64,000 bases of DNA, taken from the NCBI GenBank assembly GCA_963695345.1, contig OY968769.1:1728001-1792000 (forward strand), in the 5' to 3' direction. The position numbers were made by a program, and so were the translations under genes. Below the pieces are notes generated by a model, which made no database searches, was not told where the DNA came from, and saw nothing but the letters and a program-made list of their open reading frames with translations. The stretch's first letter is position 1. Each line of letters opens with the position of its first letter. Source of the DNA: an uncultured Methanomassiliicoccales archaeon. Its GTDB lineage: Archaea; Thermoplasmatota; Thermoplasmata; Methanomassiliicoccales; UBA472. Below are positions 43,808 to 54,090 of the stretch, in pieces.

Positions 43808-44272
43808 ATGGCATTCGCAGTCATCAGGGTGCGCGGGCACTCCGGCGTTAACAGGGACATAGAGGACACCATGAAGATGCTCCGCCTGACCCGGATCAAC
43901 CACTGTGTGGTCCTGCCGCAGACGGCGGACATCCAGGGCATGCTCTACAAGGTGAAGGACTACGTCACCTGGGGCGAGGTCACGGAAGAGACCTTGGCCA
44001 GAATGATCAAGTTCAGGGGCCGCATCATCGGCGACAAGCCCATCGACGACGCAGTGGTCAAGGAGAACATCGACTTCCCCTCGATCATGTCGTTCGCCCG
44101 GGCCGTCTCCAAGGGCGAGGTCCGGTACTCGGACATGAAGAACATCAAGCCGCTGTTCCGTCTGGCACCTCCGAAGAAAGGGTACGGCGGAAGCAAGCGG
44201 GCATACCAAGCCGGCGGTGCCCTGGGCTACCGCGGCAAGGAAATAAACGAGATCATCGAGAGGATGATGTAA
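43808..44272 (+). CDS. rpl30: 50S ribosomal protein uL30
   Basis: AVIRVRG and FRLAPP motifs. Confidence 0.96.
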   Translation: MAFAVIRVRGHSGVNRDIEDTMKMLRLTRINHCVVLPQTADIQGMLYKVKDYVTWGEVTEETLARMIKFRGRIIGDKPIDDAVVKENIDFPSIMSFARAVSKGEVRYSDMKNIKPLFRLAPPKKGYGGSKRAYQAGGALGYRGKEINEIIERMM

Positions 44273-44291
44273 GGATAACCGGGTGATTCCA

Positions 44292-44721
44292 ATGGTTAGC
44301 AGAACCGACAAGTTCAGGGGAAGCAGGACCCACGGCCGCGGCAAGAAGAGCGGAAGGGGCGCAGGCAAGCACGGAGGTACGGGCAACGCCGGATTGCACA
44401 AGCACAAGATCCATGCACATGCTGAAGTACATGCCGGACCACTTCGGCCGCCACGGATTCAAGAGGCCACAGAGCATGGTGGGCGCCAAGATCACCATGA
44501 ACGTCTGCGACATCGACCAAAGCGTCGAGAAGCTGGTCATGGACGGCTCGGCCCAAAAGCAGGGCGAGACGTACACCATTAACCTGACGGAGCTGGGCAT
44601 CGACAAGCTGCTCGGTTCCGGTAAGATAGGGGTCGCAGTCGAGATCACGGTGGCTGAGGCCACGGAGACCGCAAAGCAGAAGGTTGAAATGGCTGGCGGC
44701 CATATCCTCCTACCGCAGTAA
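44292..44721 (+). CDS. rpl15: 50S ribosomal protein uL15 (frameshift near 44411)
   Basis: RGSRTHG, GGTGNAG and KLLGSG motifs. Confidence 0.95.
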
Positions 44722-44737
44722 GTCTCCCGTGATCCAC

Positions 44738-46323
44738 ATGGCGGAAGAAAAGAAGAGCAGGCTTTACAGGCTAAAGCCAATAACGGACAGGCTACCGGCT
44801 GTAAAAAAGCCGGAGGGCCACGTCCACTTCAGGACCAAGATGCTATGGGTCATCGTGATCCTCGTCTTCTATTTCGTGATGACCAACGTGTTCATCTATG
44901 GTCTTGACCAGACACAGACTTTGGACATATTCGCCCAATACCGGGCAATCCTGGCGGGCGCACAAGGATCACTGATGCACCTGGGCATCGGCCCCATAGT
45001 CACCGCTTCGATCATCATGCAGCTGTTCGTCGGTGCCAAGATCATCAAGCTTGACCTGACGAACAAAGAGGACAAGGCGGTCTATCAGAGCACGCAGAAG
45101 TTCCTCGTCATCGTCATGATTCTGGTGGAAGCGGTGCCGCAGGTCTTCGGCTATCTCGTTCCGTCCACCAATTTCACCAGCGGGTTGAATACGGTGTTCG
45201 CTCCGGGAGGGTTCATCGACGGCCAAGGCATGGCTCAAATAATCATCATCATCCAGCTGTTCGTTGGCTCATATCTCGTGTTCCTCATGGACGAGGTCGT
45301 CTCCAAATGGGGCATCGGTAGCGGGATATCGCTCTTCATCGCCGCGGGAGTGGCGCAAGCCATATTCACCGGTACGGTCAATTGGGAGCCGTACGACCTC
45401 AGGAAGTCCGCTGAGCCTGTCCAATCCGCCGGTCGGGACCATCCCGAAAACGCTTTACATCCTGCATGAGAGCTCAGCATCGTCTCTGGCGAGCGGAGGC
45501 TACGAACGGATATTGCTTCAGAATCCCAATCCAATGATAGCTTTGGTGGGAACGATCGTGATCTTCATGTTCGTCGCCTACATCGAGTCAACCAGGATCG
45601 AGCTGCCGTTGGCTCACGGCACCTCCAGGGGCGCTCGGGGCCGATATCCGATCAAGCTGCTCTACGCGTCCAACATCCCGGTCATCCTGATGGCCGCAGT
45701 GCTGGCGAACGTCAGCATGTTCAGTTTACTTCTTTGGAACAGCGAAGCGCTAAGACAGATCCCGCTCATCGGAGGACAATGGTGGATCGGATTCTTCGAT
45801 GCTGGACAGACTACGCCTTCGGGAGGTCTCGCCTGGTACCTATCCACTCCGCGGGGGGCGGGTGATTGGCTATTGCCTATCCTGAGCCCGGATAGCTATG
45901 GCAGTCTGGCTTTAGGGCATCAGACACTGGCAGATCGGGGTGCACGTGCTGGTGTACTTCGCGGTAATGGTGTTCGGGTCGATACTGTTCGCCAAGTTCT
46001 GGATTCAGACCACAAACATGGGTCCGGAAGCCGTGGCCCGTCAGATCGAGTCCTCCGGACTTCAGATACCTGGGTTCCGGCGTGATCCGCGGGTCCTCAA
46101 GCGGGTGCTGGAACGGTACATACCGGTAGTGACCGTGATATCCGGTGCGACAGTGGGAGCTCTGGCCGCTGGGGCGGACCTGATAGGTACGGTGGGTAAC
46201 GCCAGCGGCACCGGTGTGCTGCTGTCGGTCGGTATCCTAATACAGTTCTATGAGGCGATAAGCCGGGAACAGATGATGGAGATGCATCCAGTGCTGAGAG
46301 GCTTCTTCGGAGGCGGAGAGTAA
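44738..46323 (+). CDS. secY: Preprotein translocase SecY (frameshifts near 45400 and 45938)
   Basis: LGIGPIVTA, YPIKLLYASNIP and IPGFR motifs. Confidence 0.96.
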
Positions 46324-46324
46324 G

Positions 46325-47041
46325 ATGGCTGAGAAGATCGCATCCCCAGCCCCGGTAGCCGCGACGGCATCGGCGGCCAAGCCCAAGGGCGGAATGTCGA
46401 GGATGGTCACCATCTTCATCTTCGTCCTGGCGATATTCATCCTCTTCGACCCGTCGCTCAGGGACGCCCTGGGAACGGCGGTCGGCTACGGACTCGACCC
46501 GCTGGTCTCCTTCAACCATGAGTTCCCTGTCGTGACTCTAGTGCTCACGGGTCTGTTGATGGCCGCGCTGACCATCATAGTCCGGCACTTCTTCACCGAC
46601 TACGTGGAGCAGGCAAGGAGCCAGAAGATTGTCGCGGCGTTCAACAAGGAATTGCGCGACGCCCGTAAGGAGAACAACTCCTTCAAGATGAAGAAGCTCC
46701 TGGCCGAACAGCCGAAGATCATGCAGAAGTCGATGGCCCAGACCACCACCCAGTTCAAGCTGTTGCCGGTATCGATGATCATCGTCATCCCGATATTCGC
46801 TTGGCTCTCGGTGTTCATAAACGGTTTGTCTGCTATCAATCACCCCGGTACCACGATCTCTATGCTGTACTATAGCGTACCCTGGTCGAGCATGGCTAAC
46901 TTCAATGAGGCATACCTCTTCCCGCAGTGGGTGCTGGTATACACACTGGTGAGCATACCGTTCGGACAGGTGCTATCGAGAGCGCTCAGGTATTTCTCCT
47001 TCGCGAAACGCCTGAAGGAACTCAAGGCAGCAAAGGCATGA
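46325..47041 (+). CDS. DUF106 / EMC3-Oxa1 superfamily membrane protein
   Basis: TM-coiled coil-TM layout; conserved position after secY. Confidence 0.85.
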   Translation: MAEKIASPAPVAATASAAKPKGGMSRMVTIFIFVLAIFILFDPSLRDALGTAVGYGLDPLVSFNHEFPVVTLVLTGLLMAALTIIVRHFFTDYVEQARSQKIVAAFNKELRDARKENNSFKMKKLLAEQPKIMQKSMAQTTTQFKLLPVSMIIVIPIFAWLSVFINGLSAINHPGTTISMLYYSVPWSSMANFNEAYLFPQWVLVYTLVSIPFGQVLSRALRYFSFAKRLKELKAAKA

Positions 47042-47583
47042 GGATCACGATAAGCGGTCCGATCGGTTCCGGCAAGACCACCGTCTGCAACCTGCTCTCA
47101 AAGAGGCTTGGCTACCGTAGCGTGGTGTCCGGCAATATATTCCGGGAGATGGCCAAGGAGCACAAGCTGACCCTGGCCGAGTTCGGGGCCCTGTGCGAAC
47201 GGGACATGCGCTACGACAGGATGCTGGACGAACGCATGGTCGAGCTCGCCCGGGACAATCCGGACCTCATCCTGGAAGGCCGCCTGGTCGGGCATATGCT
47301 GAAGAAGAACGGCATACCGGCATTGAAGTTCTATCTCACCGCCGACCTGGAGGTCCGGGCCAAGCGTGTCGTGGAGCGAGAGGGCCAGCAATTGCAGGCC
47401 GCATTCCTGGAAATGAAGGAGCGGGAGGAATCGGAAGCGGTCCGCTACCTCTCCTACTATGGCATTGATATCAGGAACGAGGATGTCTACGATGTCGTCA
47501 TCGACACGGCGGACAAGACCCCGGAACAGATCGTCGAGATAATGATCGGGAAGGTAGAGGAATGGAATCCCCAAGTATGCTGA
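47038..47583 (+). CDS. cmk: Cytidylate kinase
   Basis: ITISGPIGSGKTT, FREMA and LEGRL motifs. Confidence 0.93.
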   Translation: MRITISGPIGSGKTTVCNLLSKRLGYRSVVSGNIFREMAKEHKLTLAEFGALCERDMRYDRMLDERMVELARDNPDLILEGRLVGHMLKKNGIPALKFYLTADLEVRAKRVVEREGQQLQAAFLEMKEREESEAVRYLSYYGIDIRNEDVYDVVIDTADKTPEQIVEIMIGKVEEWNPQVC

Positions 47584-48539
47584 TCAAGGACTCGGCACCG
47601 CGTTCGCTCAAGGCGGGTAAGAAGCCTTCGGAGCGAAGCATAGAGGAACTCCTGTCCGCCGGTGTCATCGACCTGGACAAGGTACAGGGACCGACCTCTC
47701 ACCAGGTGACCGCCTGGGTCCGGGACATCCTGGGCATCAAGCGGATCGGCCACGGCGGAACACTGGACCCTCATGTAAGCGGGGTTCTGCCCATCGCCCT
47801 CGGCAAGGCCACCCGGGCCACCGACCTGGTCCTGCGCTCCGATAAGGAGTACGTCTGTCACGTCAAACTGCACAGGGACGTCCCCAAGCAGAAGGCCCTG
47901 GCGGTCATCGCCACGTTTGTCGGCAACATCTACCAGACACCGCCGGTGCGGGCAGCCGTCAAGAGGCAGCTGAGGATCAGGAGGGTCCATTACATCAATG
48001 TCATCGAGATCGAGGGCCGGAACGTGCTGTTCCGGGTCGGGTGTGACGCCGGCACATACATCAGGACGCTGGCGGTCGACATCGGGGAGGCGCTGGGCGT
48101 GGGGGCCAACATGGAGGCGCTGAGGCGGACCCGCTCGGGCCTGCTGTCCGAGAACGGTTCCGTTACATTGCAGGAGCTGAAGGACGCCGCAGTCGCCTGG
48201 AAGGAGGAAAAGGACGACTCCCAGCTGCGGGCCATGGTAAGCCCTTTCGAGCTTTTATTGGAGCCGCTGCCTAAGATAGTGATCAAGGACAGCGCGGTCG
48301 ACGCGATCTGCCACGGGGCGGACCTGGCGGCGGCCGGCATCATCCGGCTGGACCCTGGAGTTTCAAAAGGGGCGACGGTGGCATTGTTCACCCAGAAAGG
48401 GGAGGGTGTGGCCCTGGGGGTCACCCTGATGGATTCGGAATCCATTTTCAAGGCGGTCGAAGGGAACGTCGTCCGGTCGGACCGGGTGTTCATGCCGGCG
48501 GGGACCTATCCCAAGATGTGGATCAAGCAACAGTGCTGA
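47562..48539 (+). CDS. cbf5: H/ACA pseudouridine synthase Cbf5
   Basis: GHGGTLDP and GTYIRT motifs; C-terminal PUA domain. Confidence 0.96.
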   Translation: MESPSMLIKDSAPRSLKAGKKPSERSIEELLSAGVIDLDKVQGPTSHQVTAWVRDILGIKRIGHGGTLDPHVSGVLPIALGKATRATDLVLRSDKEYVCHVKLHRDVPKQKALAVIATFVGNIYQTPPVRAAVKRQLRIRRVHYINVIEIEGRNVLFRVGCDAGTYIRTLAVDIGEALGVGANMEALRRTRSGLLSENGSVTLQELKDAAVAWKEEKDDSQLRAMVSPFELLLEPLPKIVIKDSAVDAICHGADLAAAGIIRLDPGVSKGATVALFTQKGEGVALGVTLMDSESIFKAVEGNVVRSDRVFMPAGTYPKMWIKQQC

Positions 48540-48767
48540 TCACTCGTAAAGGTCGTACTCGCGGAAATTCAGCTCTCCCTTGCGGAAGTGCCGGAACCCG
48601 ATCTCCACCACGGAGACGTCGGCGTTGATCCTGTCCCTAAGTGACTTCGAAACGCCGATGCGGCTTAATCTAGGACTAATGGAAGGAACGGTCTCGATGC
48701 TCTGCACAACTGATTCCAGGTCGTCGAATGTCGCGTCCCGGCCGGATTTGTATGTGGTCTCGCTCAT
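48540..48767 (-). CDS. Small hypothetical protein
   Basis: 75-aa ORF with an AT-rich TATA-like element upstream (~48810). Confidence 0.55.
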   Translation of the reverse strand: MSETTYKSGRDATFDDLESVVQSIETVPSISPRLSRIGVSKSLRDRINADVSVVEIGFRHFRKGELNFREYDLYE

Positions 48768-48902
48768 CTAGAATCCCTACTTCGTTATTTGTCTTGAGGA
48801 AGTGCAGTATTTATTAGCGTTGTTAGGCAATTGTCAGTACCGATACTGAGACCAGCTCCCGATCTTGTCGCTATCAATAACGGCCGAACGGATGTCTGGG
48901 GC

Positions 48903-49919
48903 CTAGTCGAAATCGCCGAGGCGGCGTTGTTTCGGGGGCGGCAAAAGCGATCTCGCCTCTATACCTAGGCGCCGTTTGATCTCTCCTGCCAGAGTATCGG
49001 CAGAACCGTGATGCGTGTAGACGACCTCCGGGTCGCAGCCCTTGACGAACTCGATCAGCTCCTCGAAGTCGGCATGGTCGGAGAACGGGAACGCCTCATC
49101 CACTCCCATCTGGTATTTGAAGGACGAGCTGATCGCCCATCCAGATACGGCGGCGGTCCTGAGCTGTCCCCTCTTCATCTTGCTGGTGAGGCCATATTTG
49201 GCGGCGGTGGAACAGACCATCACGCTGGGGGAGTCGAACCCGTTGGCGGCCTCGAACGGCCGGTAGCAGTATTCCGCTCCGTGGGATTCGATGTGGCGGG
49301 TGCATTCCAGAACGCTGCCCTCTATGAACGGTTCGAAATCGCTCAGCATCCGGATAAGCTCCTGCGACTTCCCGAGCGGGTAGGCGAAAAGCGCGGTCGA
49401 ATAGCCGCTGGAAATGGAGTCCTCCACCCAATCCTTGATGACCCGGGCGATCTTGTCCGTGGCCGGGAATCTGTAAGATGGGTCCCCGTAGGTGGATTCG
49501 ATGATCAGGACGTCCGTCTTTACCGGCGTCGCCCCTTTCATGCCGAAGCGGTCCCGGGTGCTCATGTCCCCGGTGTACAGGACCGTCTTCTCTCCCTTTA
49601 CCAGGAACATATTGGAGCCGGCGATGTGCCCGGCGTTCAGCATCTCCACCTCTGGGTGGGTGGATGGGACAATGGGTCTGGCGAGCGGCCGTTTCAGCCT
49701 TTTTGAGGCGAGCGTCGCGGTGATGGGCGAACAGACAATGGACCGCCCTTCCAGCTTCTTTGTGGCGCTGGGCAGATGGTCCGAATGGGCGTGGGAAATG
49801 CAATGCACACCGTCGTCGGGGGTGCTCCTGGGGTCAAAGAAGAACTTGGTCCCGCCCATGTGGAGCTCCACTCCCTGACCCCCCGGGCAAAGCCTGACCT
49901 CCAGCACATCCCCTGCCAT
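48903..49919 (-). CDS. MBL-fold/beta-CASP nuclease (SNM1-like / ligase-associated exonuclease type)
   Basis: SHAHSDH, AGHIAGS, YTGD, ESTYG and SDHADF motifs; C-terminal QRRLGDF. Confidence 0.88.
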   Translation of the reverse strand: MAGDVLEVRLCPGGQGVELHMGGTKFFFDPRSTPDDGVHCISHAHSDHLPSATKKLEGRSIVCSPITATLASKRLKRPLARPIVPSTHPEVEMLNAGHIAGSNMFLVKGEKTVLYTGDMSTRDRFGMKGATPVKTDVLIIESTYGDPSYRFPATDKIARVIKDWVEDSISSGYSTALFAYPLGKSQELIRMLSDFEPFIEGSVLECTRHIESHGAEYCYRPFEAANGFDSPSVMVCSTAAKYGLTSKMKRGQLRTAAVSGWAISSSFKYQMGVDEAFPFSDHADFEELIEFVKGCDPEVVYTHHGSADTLAGEIKRRLGIEARSLLPPPKQRRLGDFD

Positions 49920-50007
49920 CGGGCGCGTCTATCGCGGCGCTAGTATTTACTGGTTGCAGGAAGTGCACCGAAACTACTGGATACGAACTTTCGTGCGATC
50001 ATCGGCA

Positions 50008-50388
50008 CTAGATGTCGTGCCCGGCCATGCGGAGAGCCTCGGACGCCTTCTGGATGTCCTGCTTCCTGACCAGCACATAATCGGTATTGTAGGTGGACAT
50101 GACGAAGATCGGGACGTTGGCTCCGGCCAACGGAAGCGCCAGCTGCGACAGGATGCCGATCTCGGTGAAATCAAAATGGCCGTCAGGCCTTATGCATTTC
50201 CAGCCCTTGCTGCACGTGGCGCCCTCGGGTACAAGGTCCTCGCTGCACACGATCGTCACTTCATCATCGGTGCGCATCACTGAGAAAATGCCGGTGCCGT
50301 CGCTCCATTCCTCGACCTCGGAACCAGGCTCCAGCTGACAAATTGCCAGCGTCACGTCCAGAACCTTGAGCGTCAGCCTCATTATCAT
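50008..50388 (-). CDS. ACT-domain protein (ACT_7/CASTOR-like)
   Basis: RTDDEVTIV, GILSQL..PLA and STYNTDYVLV motifs. Confidence 0.9.
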   Translation of the reverse strand: MIMRLTLKVLDVTLAICQLEPGSEVEEWSDGTGIFSVMRTDDEVTIVCSEDLVPEGATCSKGWKCIRPDGHFDFTEIGILSQLALPLAGANVPIFVMSTYNTDYVLVRKQDIQKASEALRMAGHDI

Positions 50389-50535
50389 GACGTATGCCGT
50401 TGCCCATAAATATCCCTCTGAACAAATTATCGCAGTTCGTTACTCAGTCCGAATTGGCAACTGGCACACTTTCGGTCACCTCTCCCCTTCAATCCTTTAT
50501 AGGCAGAAGGCGAAAGCGGTGTATAGTGAGAGCCG

Positions 50536-51282
50536 ATGGAACTAAGCACTACAGATCAGAGGGAATATGCCAGCATCGGCATTTCGCATGAAACGCCCTA
50601 TGCCGACCGCACCGACCGGTCAGTGCGCACCTATGTGCCGCCGATCGACACGCTGATAGGCGGACTCCAGCCCAGGACCATGACGCTGATCGACAGCGCC
50701 GACCGGATCGTCTTCGGCATGGTCAACATGATGTCTGTCAATGCCGTCAGCGAGAACCATGATGAGGTGATCTGGGTGGATGGAGGGAACTCTGCCAACC
50801 CTTTCGAGCTCACCGCGGTCTGCAAACGTTTCCGCCTATCCTCGGACGAGGTGCTCTCCTCGGTGACGATATCGAGGGCGTTCACCGCGTACCAGATGTC
50901 CACCCTGATCGAGGACATGCTGGAGAAGGAGGTGCGGCGCATCCGCACCGGCATGGTGGTGATATCGTGCTTCCCGGACCTGTTCCAGGACAAGGACATG
51001 GACTGGTCCGAGTCGTTCCAGCTGATGCGGCGGTCGATGGACAAGCTGCGGGAGCTTACGGAGAAGCATGACCTGGTCACCGTCATCACGAACTTCGGCC
51101 TGGCCAAGATGTTCTACCGCAAGGGACTGAGGCCGCTGCTGTACGACGGCGTGGACCGGGTGGTGCGCATCGAGACCTACGGGAAGGCGCTGCGCATCAT
51201 GCTGCCGAAGGAGAACATCGGCACCCTGTACCGCCCGGTGCCGCGTAACCAGACCACCCTGGACGAGTTCGGGGGGTGGTGA
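50536..51282 (+). CDS. Inactivated RadA/RecA-like protein (PolB2-associated)
   Basis: IDTLIGG, WVDGGN and ISRAFTAYQ motifs; Walker A absent; C-terminal QTTLDEF. Confidence 0.85.
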   Translation: MELSTTDQREYASIGISHETPYADRTDRSVRTYVPPIDTLIGGLQPRTMTLIDSADRIVFGMVNMMSVNAVSENHDEVIWVDGGNSANPFELTAVCKRFRLSSDEVLSSVTISRAFTAYQMSTLIEDMLEKEVRRIRTGMVVISCFPDLFQDKDMDWSESFQLMRRSMDKLRELTEKHDLVTVITNFGLAKMFYRKGLRPLLYDGVDRVVRIETYGKALRIMLPKENIGTLYRPVPRNQTTLDEFGGW

Positions 51283-51530
51283 CGACGGGACGGACGGTGC
51301 CCACCTACCGCATGAACGCGGAGGGCATGATCAACAGCTGGTCCGATTATAGGCGGGCGTTGCCGCAGGACGACAAGACGGCCTTCGACTCGATGTGCAA
51401 CCGGGTGCGGATGCACGCCTCCGCCGCGACGTACGCCGCGTTCACCGATCCCTTCGAGAGCGCCGTGCTCTCGATCCTGCTGGAGCAGGAGAAGGAGATC
51501 CTGGCGTTGCGAAAGAGAGATGTCCGATGA
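51276..51530 (+). CDS. Small helical PolB2-associated protein
   Basis: GRTVPTYR...YRRAL...D...FD...LSILLEQ; overlaps both neighbours. Confidence 0.82.
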   Translation: MVTTGRTVPTYRMNAEGMINSWSDYRRALPQDDKTAFDSMCNRVRMHASAATYAAFTDPFESAVLSILLEQEKEILALRKRDVR

Positions 51531-53896
51531 GAGGCTGGATCATCGATTGCTACGCCGACACCAAGGACGATTCCATGGTGCTGTGGCTGTGGACGGCCCA
51601 GGGCGTCCGGAAGATCGTGGACAGGAAGTTCCGACCGGCCTTCTTCGTCTGGGCCCCGGAGGAGAAGATGGCCGACCTGCGCTCCGGGCTGCGCATCGCC
51701 GGCATCGGCGAGCAGACGGTGGAGAAGCACCGGACCTGGCTTGGGGAGAAGAAGCGGGACGTGGTGAAGATCGTGCCGGACTGCTATCTGTCGATGATGC
51801 CCACGGCGAAGATGATCGACCGCTGGGGACTTTACCGGGACTATAAGCTGTTCAACGTCGACTTCCGCATGGACCACCGATACTATCTGGCGCACGGGAT
51901 ATTCCCCATGGGCCTGCTGGACACGGGAGATGGGTACCGCCACCTGGACCAGCCGTACCGGCTGGACTATCCCATACCGGACCTTAGGGTGATGCGCCTG
52001 GACATCAAGGTCGATGCCCGGAACCGCATACCGACCTATGAGGACCCGCTGCGTTCCGCGTCGCTCGCCGGGGATGAGGTGGACGGCACCGAGGAGGACG
52101 TGCTCCAGGGCGTGCTGGAACTGGTGCGCCGCAAGGACCCGGACATCATCCTGACGCAGAACGGCGACAGCTTCTACCTGCCCTACCTCTCGCACCGGGC
52201 GGAGAAATTAGGGATGGAATTCGACCTGGGCCGGGAGAAAGGAGTACGGAACGCCAAGGGCAAGAGCTACTTCACCTACGGCCGCATCGTCTACAAGCCG
52301 CCGGCGCAGAAGCTGCGGGGACGGATACACATCGACGCTGACAGTTCCTTCACCTTCGAGGAGGGCGGACTTTACGGGCTGATCGACATGACCCGGATGT
52401 CCCGCATATCGCTGCAGGAGATGTCCCGGTTATCGCCCGGTACGGCCATCAGCTCGATGCAGGTGAACGAGGCGGTGCGCTGCGGGACGCTGGTGCTCTG
52501 GAAGAAGAACCTGCCGGAGAACTTCAAGACCGCTGGTGAGCTGATCGTCTCGGACCGGGGCGGGTTCATCTACGAGCCGAAGGTCGGCATCCATGACCGG
52601 GTGGCAGAGTTCGATTTCGCGTCGCTCTATCCCAGCATCATGGTGGTGCACAACATCTCCCCGGAGACGCTGCAGTGCGACTGCTGCCCCGACTCCAGAC
52701 ACCTGGTGCCGGAGATAGGATACCGTCTCTGCGAGAGGGGTCCGGGACTGTTGCCCCGGGTGCTGGAGCCGATCGTCCGGCGCCGGATCGCGCTGAAGAA
52801 GCTGTCCAAGGCAGGGTCCCGGCACGCCAAGATATATGATTCACGGGCCAAGGCTTTGAAATGGGTGCTGGTGACCTGCTTCGGCTACACCGGTTACCGG
52901 AACGCCCGCTTCGGGCGGATCGAGTGCCATGAGGCCATCAACGCCTTCGGCCGGGAGATATTGCTTCGCACGTCCGCATTGGCGGAGCAGCGCGGCTTCC
53001 GCGTGCTGCACGGAATCGTCGACTCGCTCTGGCTCCAAGGGGATGGAGACACCGCCGCGTTCTCTACCGACGTGAAGAAGATCGAGAAGATACCGCTGGT
53101 GCTGGACGGCATATACAACTGGATAGTCTTCCTGCCGAACATCACCACCGGCGTGGGCGCGCTGAACCGCTATTACGGGGTGTTCGAGAGCGGCGAGGTC
53201 AAGATCCGCGGCATCGCGCTGAGGAAGCATGACACCACCACCATCGTACGGGAACTGCAGCAGGCGATGCTGGACCGATTGGCCCGGTGCCAGGACTCAG
53301 GAGAGTTCAGGGAAGCGATACCGGAAGTGCTGGACATCGTCGGCGGGTACGTGGAGACGCTGCGCTCCGGCTCCGTGCCATTGGACAAGCTGGTGATACG
53401 GAAGAGCGTCTCCAAGGAGTTGGAAGAGTACACCCAGCACAACGAATCCTTCGAGGCGCTGCAGCAGATGAGGCGCAACGGGTTCTCGGTGCCGCCCGGG
53501 GAGGCGATAGAGTATGTCGTGCTGGCCGGTGAGGAGCGGGTCAAGGTGGCCAAGTTCCTGGACGGTGACGAGAGATACGATCCGGAGAAATACGTGGAGC
53601 TGTCGCTGCGGGCCGCATCGGAACTTCTGGTGCCGTTCGGGTACGACATCGCGACGATGCGCACGATGTACTCAGATGAAAAGGGGCAGCGGGCAGCACA
53701 GCAGTCCCGCCCAGCACACCAATCGGGCCTTGCGGGGATCGCGCCAGCGGAACTGGAAGGCAACGAGGCGGAACCGTTCGTCCACCAGACGGACCTCTTC
53801 GCCGGACAGACCGTCCAGGAGTATGTGGCACAGGGCGCCGAGGGCGGGGAGGAACAGTACGGTCCCTTCGCCGGTGAGTCCGGCGAGGACGGTTGA
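51527..53896 (+). CDS. polB2: Family B DNA polymerase, PolB2 (Dpo2) group
   Basis: DFASLYPS and KWVLVTCFGYTG motifs; HGIVDS in place of YGDTDS; exonuclease motifs degenerate; ATGA overlap at the start. Confidence 0.92.
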   Translation: MRGWIIDCYADTKDDSMVLWLWTAQGVRKIVDRKFRPAFFVWAPEEKMADLRSGLRIAGIGEQTVEKHRTWLGEKKRDVVKIVPDCYLSMMPTAKMIDRWGLYRDYKLFNVDFRMDHRYYLAHGIFPMGLLDTGDGYRHLDQPYRLDYPIPDLRVMRLDIKVDARNRIPTYEDPLRSASLAGDEVDGTEEDVLQGVLELVRRKDPDIILTQNGDSFYLPYLSHRAEKLGMEFDLGREKGVRNAKGKSYFTYGRIVYKPPAQKLRGRIHIDADSSFTFEEGGLYGLIDMTRMSRISLQEMSRLSPGTAISSMQVNEAVRCGTLVLWKKNLPENFKTAGELIVSDRGGFIYEPKVGIHDRVAEFDFASLYPSIMVVHNISPETLQCDCCPDSRHLVPEIGYRLCERGPGLLPRVLEPIVRRRIALKKLSKAGSRHAKIYDSRAKALKWVLVTCFGYTGYRNARFGRIECHEAINAFGREILLRTSALAEQRGFRVLHGIVDSLWLQGDGDTAAFSTDVKKIEKIPLVLDGIYNWIVFLPNITTGVGALNRYYGVFESGEVKIRGIALRKHDTTTIVRELQQAMLDRLARCQDSGEFREAIPEVLDIVGGYVETLRSGSVPLDKLVIRKSVSKELEEYTQHNESFEALQQMRRNGFSVPPGEAIEYVVLAGEERVKVAKFLDGDERYDPEKYVELSLRAASELLVPFGYDIATMRTMYSDEKGQRAAQQSRPAHQSGLAGIAPAELEGNEAEPFVHQTDLFAGQTVQEYVAQGAEGGEEQYGPFAGESGEDG

Positions 53897-54082
53897 TATG
53901 GGCAGAATGAGCAGCAGATAGGGCGAATGCAGGAAACGGTCGTGCCGGACCGACGGCGAGAGCGTCCGGTCCAGGTCGACAAGGATGGCGACAACGACCG
54001 ACAGGAATGCCAGCGGCAATGGCAGACCGAGCGATCGGAGCAGCGTCCCCGAGACCGAGAAGGCGAGGCCGGCATGGTACAA
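53672..54082 (-). CDS. Membrane metal-dependent hydrolase (YdjM-like)
   Basis: H..., LVDLD, RHDRFLHS and HILLD motifs with TM segments; start uncertain (TTG 54082 or CTG 54094). Confidence 0.65.
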   Translation of the reverse strand: MYHAGLAFSVSGTLLRSLGLPLPLAFLSVVVAILVDLDRTLSPSVRHDRFLHSPYLLLILPISTVLAGLTGEGTVLFLPALGALCHILLDGLSGEEVRLVDERFRLVAFQFRWRDPRKARLVCWAGLLCCPLPLFI

Positions 54083-54090
54083 CGCTTCGG

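Noticed and set aside
37204-46323. Frameshifts in rpl29, rpl5, rps8, rpl6, rpl32e, rpl19e, rpl15 and secY as pseudogenes or programmed frameshifting
   Set aside because: These are essential genes with no common slippery motif, and similar 1-nt indels occur throughout the window (272/274-nt repeat spacings show them directly); best explained by assembly error
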